64,000 nt of DNA from Tubiluchus corallicola (GCA_030141605.1 JAQGDQ010000698.1:46500-110499); one strand, 5' to 3'. Positions 12,355-26,851 are shown, counted from the first letter of the stretch. Notes: a model not told the origin generated them from the sequence alone. Translations and numbers: made by a program.

Positions 12355-15300
12355 CAATCTTTCATTCCAAACTGGTATAATTTTTACAGAAGCCCATTTG
12401 TCCATATGCTGTCAAAAGCTTTTTCTAAATCGCAAAAGATAGCGAGATCAGCATTTTTTCGCTTTTTTTCGTAGGAAAGGTATTTTCTAGCATTATACTT
12501 ACTAAACGATAAAGATGCTTATCAGTATAACAGTTAGGATGAGAGAAAGTGATCCAATACAGAGAATGAATGAGAATATCCATATAAGACAGAGAATGAG
12601 ATCCAATACAGCAAAGGGCAAACTCGAAATACCTTAGAGAAAACGTTTAAGCAGTTAATACAAACAAAAAGTTAACACAGTTAATTTTTAAGTAGAGAAG
12701 AACTTCATTGTACCAGATCAACTTAATAAATATTATCTTCTTCTTGGAACAAAAATTTTAGTAACAAGTTACTTCGACATACATTTAAGCGAGAATTGGT
12801 TTCTTTCGTTCATTCTAGCTGAGCGCAGCAAACAAGAAGGAAGCAGTTAGTTACAAAAAGGCCCCCAAATCCCCACGTTGGTATTTTCTTTCTTTCCTTC
12901 CTTCTTTCTTTTCGTCCGTCCGCCGCTCTGTCTTTCTTTCTTTCTTTTGTTCGTTCGCTCGTTCGTTCTTTTATTCATTCTTTCTGTGCTTCTATCGCTC
13001 TTTCTGTCTTTTTTGCAGCTACTCTTAATAAATAGGCCTATAAGAAATGCTAAACGATTTGGCCTCATGCAAAATTTATATGTTATTTGCAGTTACGGTA
13101 GCGGTGCATGCAACGGATCCGCTATCAATTTTGCGCACAGTGATTTTGTTGCCTTGTTTCTGCGAAAAACGATGCATTGTGATCGAGAAATTTTTTGACC
13201 TCTAGCCATACAGCTTGATAACGTTCATTCAAGGAACAAAATACCCAGGCAATCTGCTTTTCAAATGATCAATCAGTTATAGGAATAAGTAAGCAGTAGC
13301 CTTGTATACTGTTTTGCATCTGCTGTCTAGTAAAGGAGTAAGCAACCGTAAGGGCTATACGAATGTTGGAAAATTTCAATTAATACCCAAATGATAATCG
13401 ATTTTTATCAATAATGGAAAATTCGCCTAAATGTTTAAGTTAAATATATTAAATAACAAGATGTCACTCCAGAATTGCGCGCGAAAATTAATTTGTAACA
13501 CATTTTCCGTCCTTGCAGCGTTTAAAAATACATTTTAGTTTTACAAAATGAAATCAATGCGACAAAAAGCTGCTATTAACAAAAATGTTCAAATCTTAAA
13601 AGAAATATATGTGATTTCGGGAGGTTAACTTTAGGGGTTTTGGCAAAAGTTTGCCAAACCTGTCTTGTTTACCGTTAATCTACATTACACTGATATTGTA
13701 ATTCAAATGCAAAATTAAAATGGAAATATATTGTAAAACATGTTTACACGCGAATTTAACTGACTCGCTTGGTTTTTTAGTTGTTTGTTACCCGCCTCGT
13801 CGCTACATAATTGATACTAAGAAAACATGCTGCATATATATTATAACGAAACGACAGACCGTCAGCCAGTGCGTGCTCGGTATTTATCAAGATCCTTAAC
13901 ATGCGAACTTTCGCAAGTTTTTGAAAAAAACGCTTGATAAATCAGTCCCAATTGAGAATTGCCTTACGAACTTAGGTGGGGGGGGGTGAATAAAGTTTGA
14001 CCCCAAATACACTGCAACAAAGTTTTACAGTTCGGCTAAGTTGTACATGTCTCCAGGTAGCCCATATCCAAAAATAGCGCAAACCAAATGTCCTTAATAA
14101 CATAATTTCATAATGACAGCCGCTAATATTCCTGATCGAAATTGAATAAAATTCAATCATATTTTGCAGGAAATCAGATATAATAAAAAATCCCGTCCCA
14201 GGTCACTCAATGTTCACCTCTTCTGGGAGCTGCCAAGAACAACCATTAGATGTGGTTCTCGTCGCGATCCACAAGTGAATCCAATCTAAAGACAATTTTT
14301 GCACAAAATAAATGTAACTTCAGAGTACTGCTTTCGACGCCTATGATCCTGGAAAACAAGTTGTGATAATTAGTGTTATAAGTAAGTTACAAAGCGTGTG
14401 TTTTATAGAACATACGATTTAATATAAGCCAACAGGGGCACCGTTTGAACAAAATTTTGCATTAGTATAGTTACGTGTGTGGTGCAATCAAATGACATGT
14501 TACACACAGAATTTTTATAAAGCAACAATGGAGTAACCTACTGGTATATTAACAAAGTAAATTTTGCAAGATTATGCCATTTATCTATAATAATTATTAA
14601 GTTATTACAGTAAAATTCCGAATTTACTGGAAAAACAGGTGTGAGTGGCTTCATTAAACGTGATGTTTTAGTAATTGGCCTTTGTATAAATGTTTGTGGT
14701 GTGCTAATGCATTGTGTTTTGTGCTAAGGTTGTCTCCCACCTCAGATTCACCCAATGATAGTGTAAGTCGAAAGTTGGTTGTTGATACAAGTTTATTTTA
14801 AAAACAGCCCTTGTTAACTTGATGATGAGTTGCTATAACAGGAAATAATTGTAGAATCATAAGAATAGCAAAAATGACAATCCAGATGTAACCCATTGAT
14901 AACAAATTACACACTTGATATTAACATTCGCTGTTATAACTCGGATCGTCAAAACTAATCTCCTAAGACAAGAGAAAACAACGTCTTCTCTCGTCAGAAG
15001 CGAAGCAGCAATCCTCATGAATTTTTAGGTTTTGCTCGCCAAAAAAACTTCGAAAAGCGTCTTTTGGGCCCCGTCTAACAAAGCGGTGCTTCGACCCGTA
15101 CTGTGCTGTTATAGTCTCACGTGGATGGAAGTGTCACGTTTAGCTAGTAAGTATATTAAGTGACGCAAAATTATTTTCACGTTTTAACCCTCAATTAGGA
15201 TCGATTGTGTATTACATTGATAATCAGCATAAAAGACGCTAGAATTTAATCTTTGCCAGGGTCGAGTTTAATCTGAGTTAACGTTCAGAGTTATCCTGCA

Positions 15301-15794
15301 GCTGACCAAAGATTTTTTTCTTACTTAATCCCTGGATTCACTTATTGGTATCGGCTATATAAGTTGATCAATAATAATAATTTGCGAACGCTTTGGTAAT
15401 TAAGGTTATCAAAGTCTATGGGCGAACTCTATAATTTACAGATTATAATAACAAAGGTAAGACAACACAAAATTGCACACCAAAAACAAAAACCAGGCGC
15501 ATTTTGGTTTACATGAAGGAATTACGTGATTAGAAATACTAACAGAATGTTGTGCAGCACAAGCCAAAGTTATTCTGCTAGTGCAGTTTATAATAATTTA
15601 ACAACTGCAATATTTGCAATTAGGTGGTCCCATGTTTTGAAAACGACATATGCAGACGGCGCTCAAATGAACGTTATTAAAAATTCTCCACTTAGATAAA
15701 AACCCACTTTTTATACTGTAATCTCCCACAAAATCTGCAAAAGTGATTTAAAATCGACATTATTATGATTGCAATAGTATGTCATGGTAAGGTA

Positions 15795-15935
15795 ATAGTA
15801 GTAGTAGTAGTAGCAGTAGCAGTAGCAGTAGCAGTAGCAGTAGCAGTAGCAGTAGCAGTAGCAGTAGCAGTAGCAGTAGCAGCAGCAGCAGCAGCAGCAA
15901 CAGCTGCAGCAACAGCAGCAGCAGCAACAACAGCT

Positions 15936-15972
<37 letters not shown>

Positions 15973-16165
15973 GAGCAGTAGTAGCTTTAGCAGCAGCAGC
16001 AGCAGCAGTAGCAGCAGCAGCAGTAGCGGCAGCAGTAACAGCAGTAGCAATAGCAATAGTAATATTAGGAGTAGGGGTACTAGTTGTAATAATAACGGTA
16101 ATGGCAATGGTAACAGTAATAACAATACTAACATTAACAGAGTAACACTAACAGCAATAGTAGTA
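15795..16165. repeat. Compound (GTA)/(GCA)/(GTAGCA) microsatellite
   Basis: Direct inspection. Confidence 0.95.
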
Positions 16166-16171
16166 GGACCA

Positions 16172-16410
16172 GTAAGGCGCATTTCGCGGGGAGGACACGA
16201 GGCAAAATTCTTCAAAGAAAAAGTCCTCGCGAAAATGGAACACATTGCTTTCTATGGCGAATTTCACACTGACGAGGAATTTTCCTCGTGGATTTCCTCA
16301 TCAGGAATTCTGTCACCAGCTAGAATCTATGCACCCTCCTCACGAGGAAAATTGCCGCGTGGTAGAATTGCTGCATGTTCCATTTTCGTGAGGATTGCTC
16401 TAGGAATTTA
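16172..16410. mobile_element. MITE fragment with internal inverted repeat (PIF/Harbinger-like start)
   Basis: Begins taa|ggcgcattt. tcctcgcgaaaatggaaca (about 16224) pairs with tgttccattttcgtgagga (about 16376). Confidence 0.5.
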
Positions 16411-17752
16411 TACTAAAATTTATCAACTCAGTTGCTTCTTTCTTATTTAACGAACAACATTTAACATATTTCAGCACAAAATTATAAGATTTAATCTCTC
16501 TTTTAAATATACAGACGACTTTGTGTTTTATTAATGGAACAGTGATGGCTATATTCGTGAAAAAGAAAAATAACGCACGCATATATTTATTTTACATATG
16601 TATATTTTCAGATTTCGAAGTGGTTGGCAGAACTTTACTAAAAAATAAATGGGTTTGACATTGCGTTAATAAATATTATTAATTGTGCTTTTTACATGAG
16701 AAATGCAGCAACTATAACTTGGTTTATACATGATCACATAGAAAATCAAATCACAAAGATACAAAATGACACTGTCGCCCAGTGCTGTTTTCCGGTTTGT
16801 AAAATGCCAAAGGTTGTCCTTGTTCTCTTATAGGTTTAAGCTACTCAGTAAAAGGATCCAGCAAGATGGAGTTAATCGTTTACGTCTTCTGCTTTCCAGG
16901 TCTAAGTTGCATCTTGCCCCAACGAGTTTTTCCATTCCTATTGGCAGTACGTGTGTTAACAGTGTCATGTACGCGGACGTCATTAGTTTGTTAGTATGAA
17001 GCCTATAAAAAAGCGTAAATAAAGTACTTTATACTTTTGCCATCCACAAATGCAGAACAAAGACGGGTAAAGCACCAGAACGCAAAACTAGTTCTATAAA
17101 AATGTTTGACTATGCGACATTTGAGTAGTTGATGATGTAATATTTCTTTGTGTCTGTTTTTCCCTGGCCATTATTCACTATATGAAAGTTTATTTTCAGC
17201 CTAAAAACTCATTTACACTTGTTATTGTGAATTGATACGTGCCGGCTTTGATCATGACGCTGTTTGCTTTTGCTTTATTGATTTCAATCTTTGTCTACCC
17301 AAATACTGAAATTAACTGAAGTGAAACTAACATAAAATAAAATGCCACTAGGCACTAACTTAAAACTTTAATAACAGTTGTGGTATCCCCAGTTTTACCC
17401 GTATTTTCCGCTTTACCAATGTGGTATGAGCTTTATTTGTTCTTCATGCTCTCTCCGCGTTTTTGGCGAATAGTAACTTCACCAAATCTCGTGTAATAAC
17501 AACTTTGATTTGACAAGTGAATACGAGTCCTAAGTAGGGTCAGTTTGATGAGTTGCATGTTATCTAAACGTTACACGCTTTGCACAAATCCCAATACTGA
17601 ATAACATTATTTATTCGCGAAAAATGTACAGAAGAAGAAACACTTTCTAGTAAAATATTGAAAATGACTCGGGCTATCCGACGGGCAGTGAAGCAAAAAT
17701 GACTCCGGCACTGAAACAAGAAGAAATATAGTGATATAGTATGATTATATGT

Positions 17753-19188
17753 CGTTTCGTCAGGGCACAATTCGCCAGTTTATCTTTTCGCTAGTGCATC
17801 ATTTCGCTAGTCTATCATTTCGCCTGTCTATTATTTCGCCAGTCTGTCTTTTCAATAGTCCATCATTTCGCCAGTGCATCATTTCGTCAGTTTATCTTTT
17901 CGCCAGTGCATCATTTCGTCAGTTTATCTTTTCGCCAGTGCATCATTTCGCCAGTCTGATTTTTCGGCAGTTGATATTAGAAGTTGTGCAATAAGTATTT
18001 AAATAGTGACACTCTTCGCCAGTCTATCTTTTCGCCAGCCGATATTAGAAGTAGTGCAATACATAGAATTGTTCATTATACTGCTAATAGAATATTTTGT
18101 AATTGTAACTAATATACTGGTCGTCACAAAATCCTTATGTTGCTCAACGTTGAAGCGCCACTTACCAACATGGCGCCCAGTGGTGATAATCCAATCAATT
18201 CTCTATGCAATGATGTGTAACAGCCGCCATCGCCACATTACTGACACGCTAGGGTCGTTTTCCTAAATTCATTGGGATATAATTAGAGTAAAACATAAAT
18301 GCTCTGTAACGACAGGAGTTTAAATTTGTTGAATTAATCAGATTCCAGGCAATCGATAGGGGCTCGTCTTCACTGACATTGGGTATCTTCTTAGATAGCA
18401 GCTTGTCTCCGCCTTTTCAAAATTGATTCCTTTAACAGATACCTGCTTTTATGTAACACAACTCGTTTGGTGAGGAATATTTTATGTAATGTAACGCAAG
18501 CCTCGGCCACAGTTTTCTTCAGAGTAAATGGCATATTATAGTTTTAATTGATGAACGATACAAATTTCAGCAGGTGTTTTGTTTTATCATGAACATGTTC
18601 TCGCATAACAGGCCGCATATCTCCATCGTCTGTCATTGGTGAGCCTAAGTACCAGTACGTTTTCGTACAGTTAATCTTGAGATTTCCAAAGGTAGGATTT
18701 GTAGGTCTTCGGGGGAATTATTAACAACTATAAATTGTGTCTTGTCTTTGTTTACCACTGTGCCGTAATCCTTGCAAAACTCGAGTAGTAATTCAAATTT
18801 TGCAGCACATGCTTGTTTACTGGTAGAAATTATATCAGTGTCGTTCATCAGTAAAAGATTTCCAAGGAAGTCGTCTATTCCGTACTCGCAAATCTTACGC
18901 ACCATGAAGTCTAGACAAAACACAAAGAGCAAACAACTCTACCAACACCCTAAAACAATATCCTTTCCCAACGTTCAGCACCTTTTCCAGAACCAATTCT
19001 CCAGACCGATTTTCACACTCTTAAAAACCATGGAATAACATCTAACCCTAACCCTTGCGAAACCCTGAAATCCACTGAAATGATGCAGTAGCGAAATGAT
19101 AGACTGGCGAAATGATACACTGGCAAAAAGACGCACTGGCGATATGTAACACTAGTGAAATGCTAACTGGCGAAGTGGGTGATTACCA
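17753..19188. mobile_element. Foldback-type DNA element with inverted arrays of a 15-bp subrepeat
   Basis: Left array (ttcgccagtgcatca)n at about 17755-18040. Inverted array (tgatgcactggcgaa-like)n at about 19075-19175, ending gggtgattacc. Also ctaaccctaaccc near 19042. Confidence 0.7.
18480..18900 (-). mobile_element. LINE reverse-transcriptase fragment nested between the foldback arms
   Basis: LLLMNDTDIISTS...FCKDYGTVVNKDKTQF (decayed xxDD motif), then frameshifted YWYLGSPMTDDG...KHLLKFVSF, with stops. Confidence 0.75.
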
Positions 19189-20015
19189 TATAGTACAGAC
19201 AGTCTTGAAAATAAGTCTGCAATACAAAATTTACTAATTTGCAACTAAAGGAGTATCAAAACAACAAACTATATAGGAAAATTTAATTTGTGTTTCATCA
19301 GCATAAGCAAAATAGTATAATGTTCGAAATTATAGTTTAGTCTTAAAAACCGCGAATAATCAATTTTTAAGTTTCCTATTGTCTCTTTCTGATACTTTTA
19401 ATTTTGATGTTGTGCATCTGCAGAGAGACCCCTGTAGGTATGCACACACGGAGTTATAAAAGGCCTAGGGCACTGTACTAACCAAGTTACGTAGTAGTTT
19501 CCAAGTTGACACATATGGACGTGATGAGGTTTGTTCCCGCCTGCCCAGACCAGATTTGTTTAACAGAAACTTTGTAGTTAAGTGTAGAGGTCAGTTAGCA
19601 GGCTCTACAAAACAGTACTTGTATTTTAATTGGGATGAAATCATTTGGTCGCGTCAGGTTAGGTTTAAGTTACGTAGGTTAGGTTATTTTGGTTCAGGTC
19701 CTGTCCACTCACGTTATGTTGTTTTAATAGCTGTAGTTTGTTGTGATATGTATGTTGACATAACCTACGAATATAAGGCATGAGGCCAAATATAATTCAG
19801 ACTCAACAAAATGCTTAAATATTGATTTGTTGTGTACTGAATTTGTGTATGTGTATCACAATGTATCAGTTTACTGATATTATATAATGGGTATGTTTTT
19901 AACGTTTCAATCCATGCATCTGATTGTGAAGTTGTGCTGACATGTAATACGAATATTGTTTTAGAAATAAAAGTCATAATAAAATGCAACTGCTTTTGAA
20001 ACATGCACACTAACA

Positions 20016-20403
20016 AAAAGTTTGTAACGTCATCAAGTCTATGTTTTTATATAAGGATGCAAGAATGCTCATCTGAGGTTAATATTGGTACATATGAATA
20101 ATTACAGATAGTCTTAAATTGCACAATGTTTAATGTGATACTATGTAAATGAACTCGCATATTTGCTGTGGTAAAAGATACAAAGTCGAGGGCCTGAGAT
20201 CTGGGACAGAGGTAGCATATAGTATACATACAGATGTAGAGTTGGGGGAGATGCTATCATCATACGACATTATCGTCGACATTACTAACATCCCTGACCA
20301 CTGGAAAACGCAGACCGCCGAATGAGACTGACATTACTCGTGTAATGAACATTCCCGTATCCATATATAAAAAAACTTAGACTTGATGACGTTTCAAACT
20401 TTT
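20016..20403. mobile_element. Inverted-repeat (MITE-like) element of about 390 bp
   Basis: aaaagtttgtaacgtcatcaagtcta (20016) versus tagacttgatgacgtttcaaactttt (ending 20403), with weaker pairing extending to about 55 bp. Confidence 0.65.
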
Positions 20404-21256
20404 CCATACATAATAGATAACAATTTCAAAAACGAATGCACTTTATAATTATTTTGCTACGATGTGACACTACTGCACACTAAAGTTGAACTCAAGTCCT
20501 TTTGATGTTTAAACGTCAAAAGACCGCTTAATAAAAACAAAACTCCAAGTAAGAGGCTTTTTGAAATCTCTGAGCAAGAGCAATTTCTATTATCTGTAAA
20601 CACGAGAGACTGTGTACTTATTAAGTTAATGTTACAGTTTTTTCGATGCTCCACTTACAAATCCACATAGAAGGTGTCATACTACATAATATGAGCTTCG
20701 ACCAGTAGTCGCCGCTTAATTTGAGATTTCTATTTAGTAGAGCGCCAAAGACACTTTCTGCAGCAACATGTGAGTAATGCAGAAACAGTAAACAGTGTAA
20801 TCCGTTCAGGCGAAATTTCTGAATGGCAGCCATTATTGCAGGATTCTGACATTATTATTTAAAGTCAGTAATATATAAGATTTATAATCATGTCATTTCT
20901 GTCAATCGTTCTGCCAATCCTAAAACTGATAATTAACACCAGGAACACTTAATTCAGAAACACGTCCGAATCAGTTTCACAAGGTGCATGGCGAGAAGTT
21001 GCATGGCTTACAATTCACGCACTGGAAGTACCTAAAGGCTTTCACTTTTATGCTGCTGTAATTTACCTGTAGCTAAGAGCATTTCTTTGCCCGAGTAAAG
21101 GTACATAAACCGTGTCAACGCGATTAAACAGTATTTTTATGAGTCAACAGCAATTAAGTAACTCTTTGCGTAGAAACACTTCCCATTGTTTGCAATACGT
21201 AGCCGACTTCAAGCTCAATTGTTGCACTATTTCAGGAATAGTTCCGATCAGAGTAA

Positions 21257-21475
21257 GGGCCTGTTTACGCTGCGCGTTTTTGACATATGAGTCAGACTTT
21301 TGCTTCACTGCGTGCACTGAAGTTAATGAGAAAATTCAATAAACTTGTTCACAAGTAGCTGAAATTTTACGTTTATTACCTTGACTTTTACTTCGAATAC
21401 GCAGCTGTTGTTTCGGTGACTCAGTGTTCTTTCGATTTCGATGCGTCAAAAACGCTCCGTGTGTAAAAAAGGCCT
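21257..21475. mobile_element. Tourist/PIF-Harbinger-type MITE with TAA target-site duplication
   Basis: taa|gggcctgtttacgctgcgcgtttttgac ... gtcaaaaacgctccgtgtgtaaaaaaggcct|taa. Confidence 0.75.
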
Positions 21476-23799
21476 TAAACTATTTTAAAGTTGATGCAGT
21501 CACAGTCAGAGTAAATTATCTTAAAGTTGGTAAACCACTTCATGTAAACGTATTGAAAGAGAGCGAAGACTCTGTTCATGTGGACAAATCCAAACAGAAC
21601 TGCACGTAATATGTGAATGCCCTGAAACACGTATCTTAAGAAACAATTCCGATTTAATATTTGATGATTTAGTGACTTTTTTCAGCGGAAATCCCGCTGA
21701 TATTTGTAATTTTGTACACGATGCTCTAGCCATTTTTGGTCTCTAATTGTTACTACACCATACATTGAGTGATCTATGGACTATGATCAGCCTAAATTTC
21801 TTAAATGTTGCAACTATCTCGAAACGATTCTTATGACTTTTTGTATATATCTTTGACCATGGTCAATAAATAATAAATATAAAAATAAGTGAGTCATCTG
21901 GTATGAGTAAACAGTTTCAGCTTAAGATAACCAATCCAGTATGACTAGCCAGTTGTAGTTTTTTAGGAAATAGAATAAAATACTCTGAGCCCAGTATGTA
22001 AACCCATTCTATATATGGGATCAATTGAAAAGCCTAAGAGTAATAAGACTACCTAAGTGTGAACAAACAATCTTATTTAACGGTGGACGTCATCAAAACA
22101 ACTACAATTAAACCGTATTAATTTATTTATTATAATGAAACCAACTCGGTATCTCAGACGAATAAATCATTTGTGTATGGCTAGACCATGTGAGTTTGAA
22201 GAATCTCGTTGGTGTAGTGAACTATCTCAACGTGTATACCTCGCAAAAATAGGAAATCGTCTCAGCGTTCGCCACGTTGCTGACCACTGTATTGAAAACA
22301 ATAAGGAAAAAGCAATATATTATTCGGCAAGATGATGCCGAGAAAAAACACTAGTTTAATTAAGAATAATAGGCTTTGTTGGATTTTAACAACCACAGAA
22401 GAATCGTTTATGTAATTGGCAACGTTCTCGTGAAAAAATGCGCCACGATGCGCATAATTATAGCTAAAATCATTTGAATTGCTCGTGGAAATGCCTTTAT
22501 GCAAATGAATAGTCATTGACGAGTGTGAATTTCAACCTCGTTAAGAATTTTACGAGGTGCCGTAGAATCTTCACAATAAATTTATATTATAATTAACTGA
22601 GATAGGCATTATAAGGTTTTAATGCACTTTGATATCATTTCTTTCAGATCCAAAATCAATATTATTCCATCATTATTATAGTGTGATAGAAATTTTAAGA
22701 GGCCTTAAGAAGGAACAGTCAAGAACTCTCAGTTACCGAAACAGCAGCTCCTTAGTCGAAGTAAACAAGTTAAGAAGAAAAGCGTAAATTTCAACATCTT
22801 GTAAAAAACAAGTTTAGTAATTTTCGTACGTACCTCAGTGCAATCCTATTTCGCGTACAAATCGCAGACCTTTTAGCGCAGTCTGGTAATGCTAGTAATG
22901 CAATAAGTAACTGCTGGGTTAGTAAATTTGCATTTCGTTACAAGCGGAGAAAAACTAGTGGGATATATATTATTGTTTTTGTAGAAATATATTCCATTAC
23001 GTGGAAAGTGTATTCATTACAGATATTGATGGGTACGCTTGCAGTGCACGTATTGATGAATGGGAGTTGATAGCATGAGATGGCATGGCGGAGCCTGAGG
23101 TGTGAATTTTTGATTCTGACTTTTTTACATTAATGGTAGTAAGCCAATTTCGGCCATGGTTAATTAAAACATTAATAAAAATCTATGGTATGGCACACAT
23201 AGTTTTGTACAAAATATTGTGAATTTTCATGAGCAATCATGGAACAAAAAATGTCTGGCATTTTTTTCAGTGGTTATAGTCAAGTCTAGCAAAACTTCCT
23301 AAATAGCATTTTTACAAAAGAGTTCTAATAACACAATGGCTCTGGAAAAGACATTAACCTAAGCACATTAACGCATTACTTACTCATTCGTTATGGAACA
23401 GCATTTGTTAAGCAATAAATGATGAACATTTAAATTGTAGATCCACATGCTGATTACTACAAGTTTCTTAATTTTTCTGTCTGGAATGAAAATAACACGA
23501 ATTACTGCACATAACTGCCAGAAGTAAGCAATGGGTGTACAAAAATTATGTATTAATGATTTTTAGACGTTTGTTACTCGGCAACTGACGTATCTAACAT
23601 TAATAAGATTTCCCTTTTAATTATGAAGTTGAATTTCGTTTCAGCAATAAAGCCAATAAATGTCCTTCTCAAAAATATAAAAATACGAGGAAAAGAAATT
23701 CTAGCTCGAAGAGTACTTTGCATATATATTAACTTGTTTTTTTATTAATAATAACACACTGCCAATATATTTGTTCCTTGCAACATCATCCCTGTGAAT

Positions 23800-25360
23800 C
23801 ATTTACGTATTGGTTCCAAAGTTTAGGGGCGGTCTGTCATACAGAAAGACAGACAACTGGATATCTGAAATGGACTACGTTTTTGCCTCTAGAGAAACAT
23901 TTGATCGTATAGATTACTTAAGCACTTGGAATAGTTTACCTTTCTGATTACGCACCAGTTAGTATTTGTGTGCAACTTCAAGCTCCTGTTTCTGAAACTT
24001 GTGAGCTTCTCAGCAAAAGACTTCTCAGCAACTACGATTATTTGTGGTCAACAGAGTATTAACAAAGCTGTTGTTTTCCATCAATTATGGATATGAATCC
24101 TGGTTAAAAAAAACAACCTTGTTAACACTTTGTACATGGAATGCATAAAAGCTTGCCTCGGCGTCCGCCTAACGACAATAAATGATTTATGTCTCTGTGA
24201 AATCGGCATGCCAAATTTGAGTGCACATGTAAAAAACAAACAAGTGAAATTTTGGTCAAGAGTGCTTGACCACGTTGACTTGCGCGGACCATTTTATTCG
24301 ACGCATTGTTTTTAGCTGAGTCTTGCAGAAGCCGTGCAGCCAAATACGTTTCTAACGTGAGGGCATTGCAAGAAAATTCTATCGATATGGAAAGGGCAAA
24401 ATTATGTGATAAAATCCTTTACTCGCATGGATATAAGTATAAAATCTACAGGACAATTAATCCTGGGTTAGAAATACATAAAGTCTACGTAAACTGGCAA
24501 TTTAGTGTTAATGTACCTAAGTAAAAAAGACTTACGTTTACATGATCCCGCTTGTCCGCTCATTGTCTCATGATAGATTTGATTTGATTTGATTTCAAGT
24601 CTTTATTGCAAACTTTAGGTTCATATATGCAAAAATATATTCAGGACAAAAATTACATACAACAGTTATAAATATTTACAATTATAATGACTTAGTTAGT
24701 GGCACATAAAGTAAATGAATGAATAAACTATAAAAAATTACATCGGCAATGCATTACCGAATACAGTAAAGAAGTTCTATCCACTCCAATGGAAGAAGTA
24801 AAGAAAGCATCATATTTACTTAAATGCTTGCAAATAGCATTCTCACTAATAGCAACTTCTATTGATAACATCGAAATATTTAATATTGAGATTTGTAGTA
24901 ATATCACTAGCACTAGCGTCATAAGGATATTTAAAGAAAATTCTAAGAGAGATGTTATAGGCAGCTTTTAATTTCCTCTTTGAAATAAAAACTCGAGATG
25001 AAATGAAATAGAAAAGGTTTATTGAAATGAAATAGAAAGAGGGAGATGGAATCATGTAGCCAGGGAAGAGTGCCTCCGCGTCTGCAGAACGGACGTTCGG
25101 GATGAAGAACACATACTATGTCACTGTGTGAAAAGTGAACATTTTAGAGAACCGTATAGCAATTTGGACTTTACTAATATACAGTCATTATATAATAGCT
25201 TGGACCAACATAATGTGATGCATTTTGTTTATGAGTGTTTTAATATTTTTAAATGATCTTATTTTCGTTATAACTAACCTAACTTGCAATTCTTGAAATT
25301 ATTTGTAACTGTTTCGAATGGACTGTCACCAGCCAATAAATTTATTGCTACTACTAGTAC
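23800..25360 (+). mobile_element. Decayed, internally deleted LINE, split by a second LINE
   Basis: Endonuclease-end remnant SEMDYVF...SDYAPV; RT C-terminal remnants YGYESWL, KACLGVRLTT.NDLCLCEIG, RLSAHCLMI|ERGRW...DEEHILCHC; aataaa and a short-repeat tail near 25335-25360. Confidence 0.8.
24578..25031 (-). mobile_element. 5'-truncated LINE 3' end inserted antisense into the previous LINE
   Basis: KLKAAYNISLRIFFKYPYDASAS (LINE ORF2 C-terminus). On the minus strand aataaa is followed by a (TCAAA)n tail. ATAGA is duplicated at 24573-24577 and 25032-25036. Confidence 0.8.
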
Positions 25361-26504
25361 TATTAATCGTTTAAGCAAAGGTTTCTCGTTTTTCGCTAGG
25401 TGGATCTACGAGCTACGTTTACGAATTTGAAAAGTTATTGGAATTGAAAATATAACTTAAACAAGGTTTACTAGGCGCTTGCGAAGTGTTTCGATCACTT
25501 ATATATCTGAGCATTATAATACATTGTTGCATGAAGCACATCTGCATAGTGATGTACATGTACATTTGTATGATTTTGTGCGATTTTGCAAAGTTTTATG
25601 AGTTTAGTGGGTTTTCTTTGGAGTGTTCTAAATCAACTGTACCGAGTAAGGGTTTATGAGCGAGAGAGTGTAACTTCGCCAGACATTCCGTGTGTTGCAA
25701 TACTTTTGATGAATATTCTTTGTTTGCTGTGTTTGCAATAAAATTTTTGAAACTGTCATAAGACTTTTAAGACATCCATAAAACTTGTCGATTTACAGTC
25801 GTTTCTTCCTCACTGGATTTCTTTAAACTAAGTAACGCGTGAGCTCGGGTGGTTTCTTTGCCCAGATTGAAATCATCCGTGATCCATGACTTTTTTTATT
25901 CTTTAGTCAGTAGTCTATTCGAACTCCGACAATTTATTCACATTTAGATAGTTTATTTACACTCCTTTGTTTTTTTTCAATGTTACATTTATTTATTTCA
26001 TTTATAACACCATTTACTCACAGTGAGACGGTTTACTCACTTTGGAACAGGTTGCTCAATGTGACGTTATTCTCTTCGCTTATCTATTCATCTAAACGCC
26101 AAATTTAATACTTTAGCTGTTTTTGCACAGACGTAGGTCTATAACTTTGGGCTTCATATTAAATTCAAAATCCGATTACAGTTTTTTCAAGGCGTTTGAA
26201 GAACTAACATTAAATGAGGGTGCATCCAGCTTGTTTGCTACATAAATCTCTTTAATTAACCTGCTATTTGGTTTCTGAAATTAAATAAACCTTAACGCAG
26301 GTGAGTTGTAGTACATTACTGAAGCCATTATGGGCATAACTGCGACATAAATTTGTTTTTTCTACACGTAGAACAACATCATTAGCGGGTTTACTAACAT
26401 TTGTAACTTAGCCTTGCATGCGAGCTGGTGCTCAAGTGACGTTCAGCGTTTTTAGCCTGACAGCATATTCGGCACCACAGCAGTACTCTGGGGAAGTAAA
26501 GTTA

Positions 26505-26765
26505 AGATTCATTATGTAATACAAGGATCATTATGTAACAATGCAGCATTATTTAACAAAAACATGGCATTATATAACAAATCACAAAATTCGTCGTTAT
26601 GTAAGATTTTTGTACGTCACGATACAATTCGTCATTATGTAAGATTTTTGTGAGTCACGATACAACAATCAATACGTTTATGTAACAATTACGCAAAAAT
26701 TGCTACTTAATGATTGTTACATAATGACAAATTTTATGATTAGTTACATAACAAGCTTCACATAA
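26505..26765. repeat. Degenerate (cattatgtaa) subrepeat array with inverted copies; probable foldback/MITE remnant
   Basis: About 7 forward attatgtaa-like motifs, then ttacataa-like inverted motifs at 26717-26765. Confidence 0.55.
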
Positions 26766-26801
26766 CACACACACACACACACACACGCACGCACGCACGC
26801 A

Positions 26802-26851
<50 letters not shown>
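26765..26851. repeat. Compound (CA)n(CGCA)n(CT)n microsatellite
   Basis: Direct inspection. Confidence 0.95.

Noticed and set aside
12148-12442. Overlapping sense and antisense ORFs encoding the same peptide
   Set aside because: A direct consequence of the palindrome; no coding evidence.
15763-16245. Poly-Leu/poly-Ala ORFs here and similar ORFs at 10581-10929, 30851-31320, 37010-37259, 46467-46889, 50776-51085 and 61817-62575
   Set aside because: These are translations of di- and trinucleotide microsatellites that lack stops.
19042-19054. Interstitial telomere (ctaaccctaaccc)
   Set aside because: Only two units, inside a transposon-like element.
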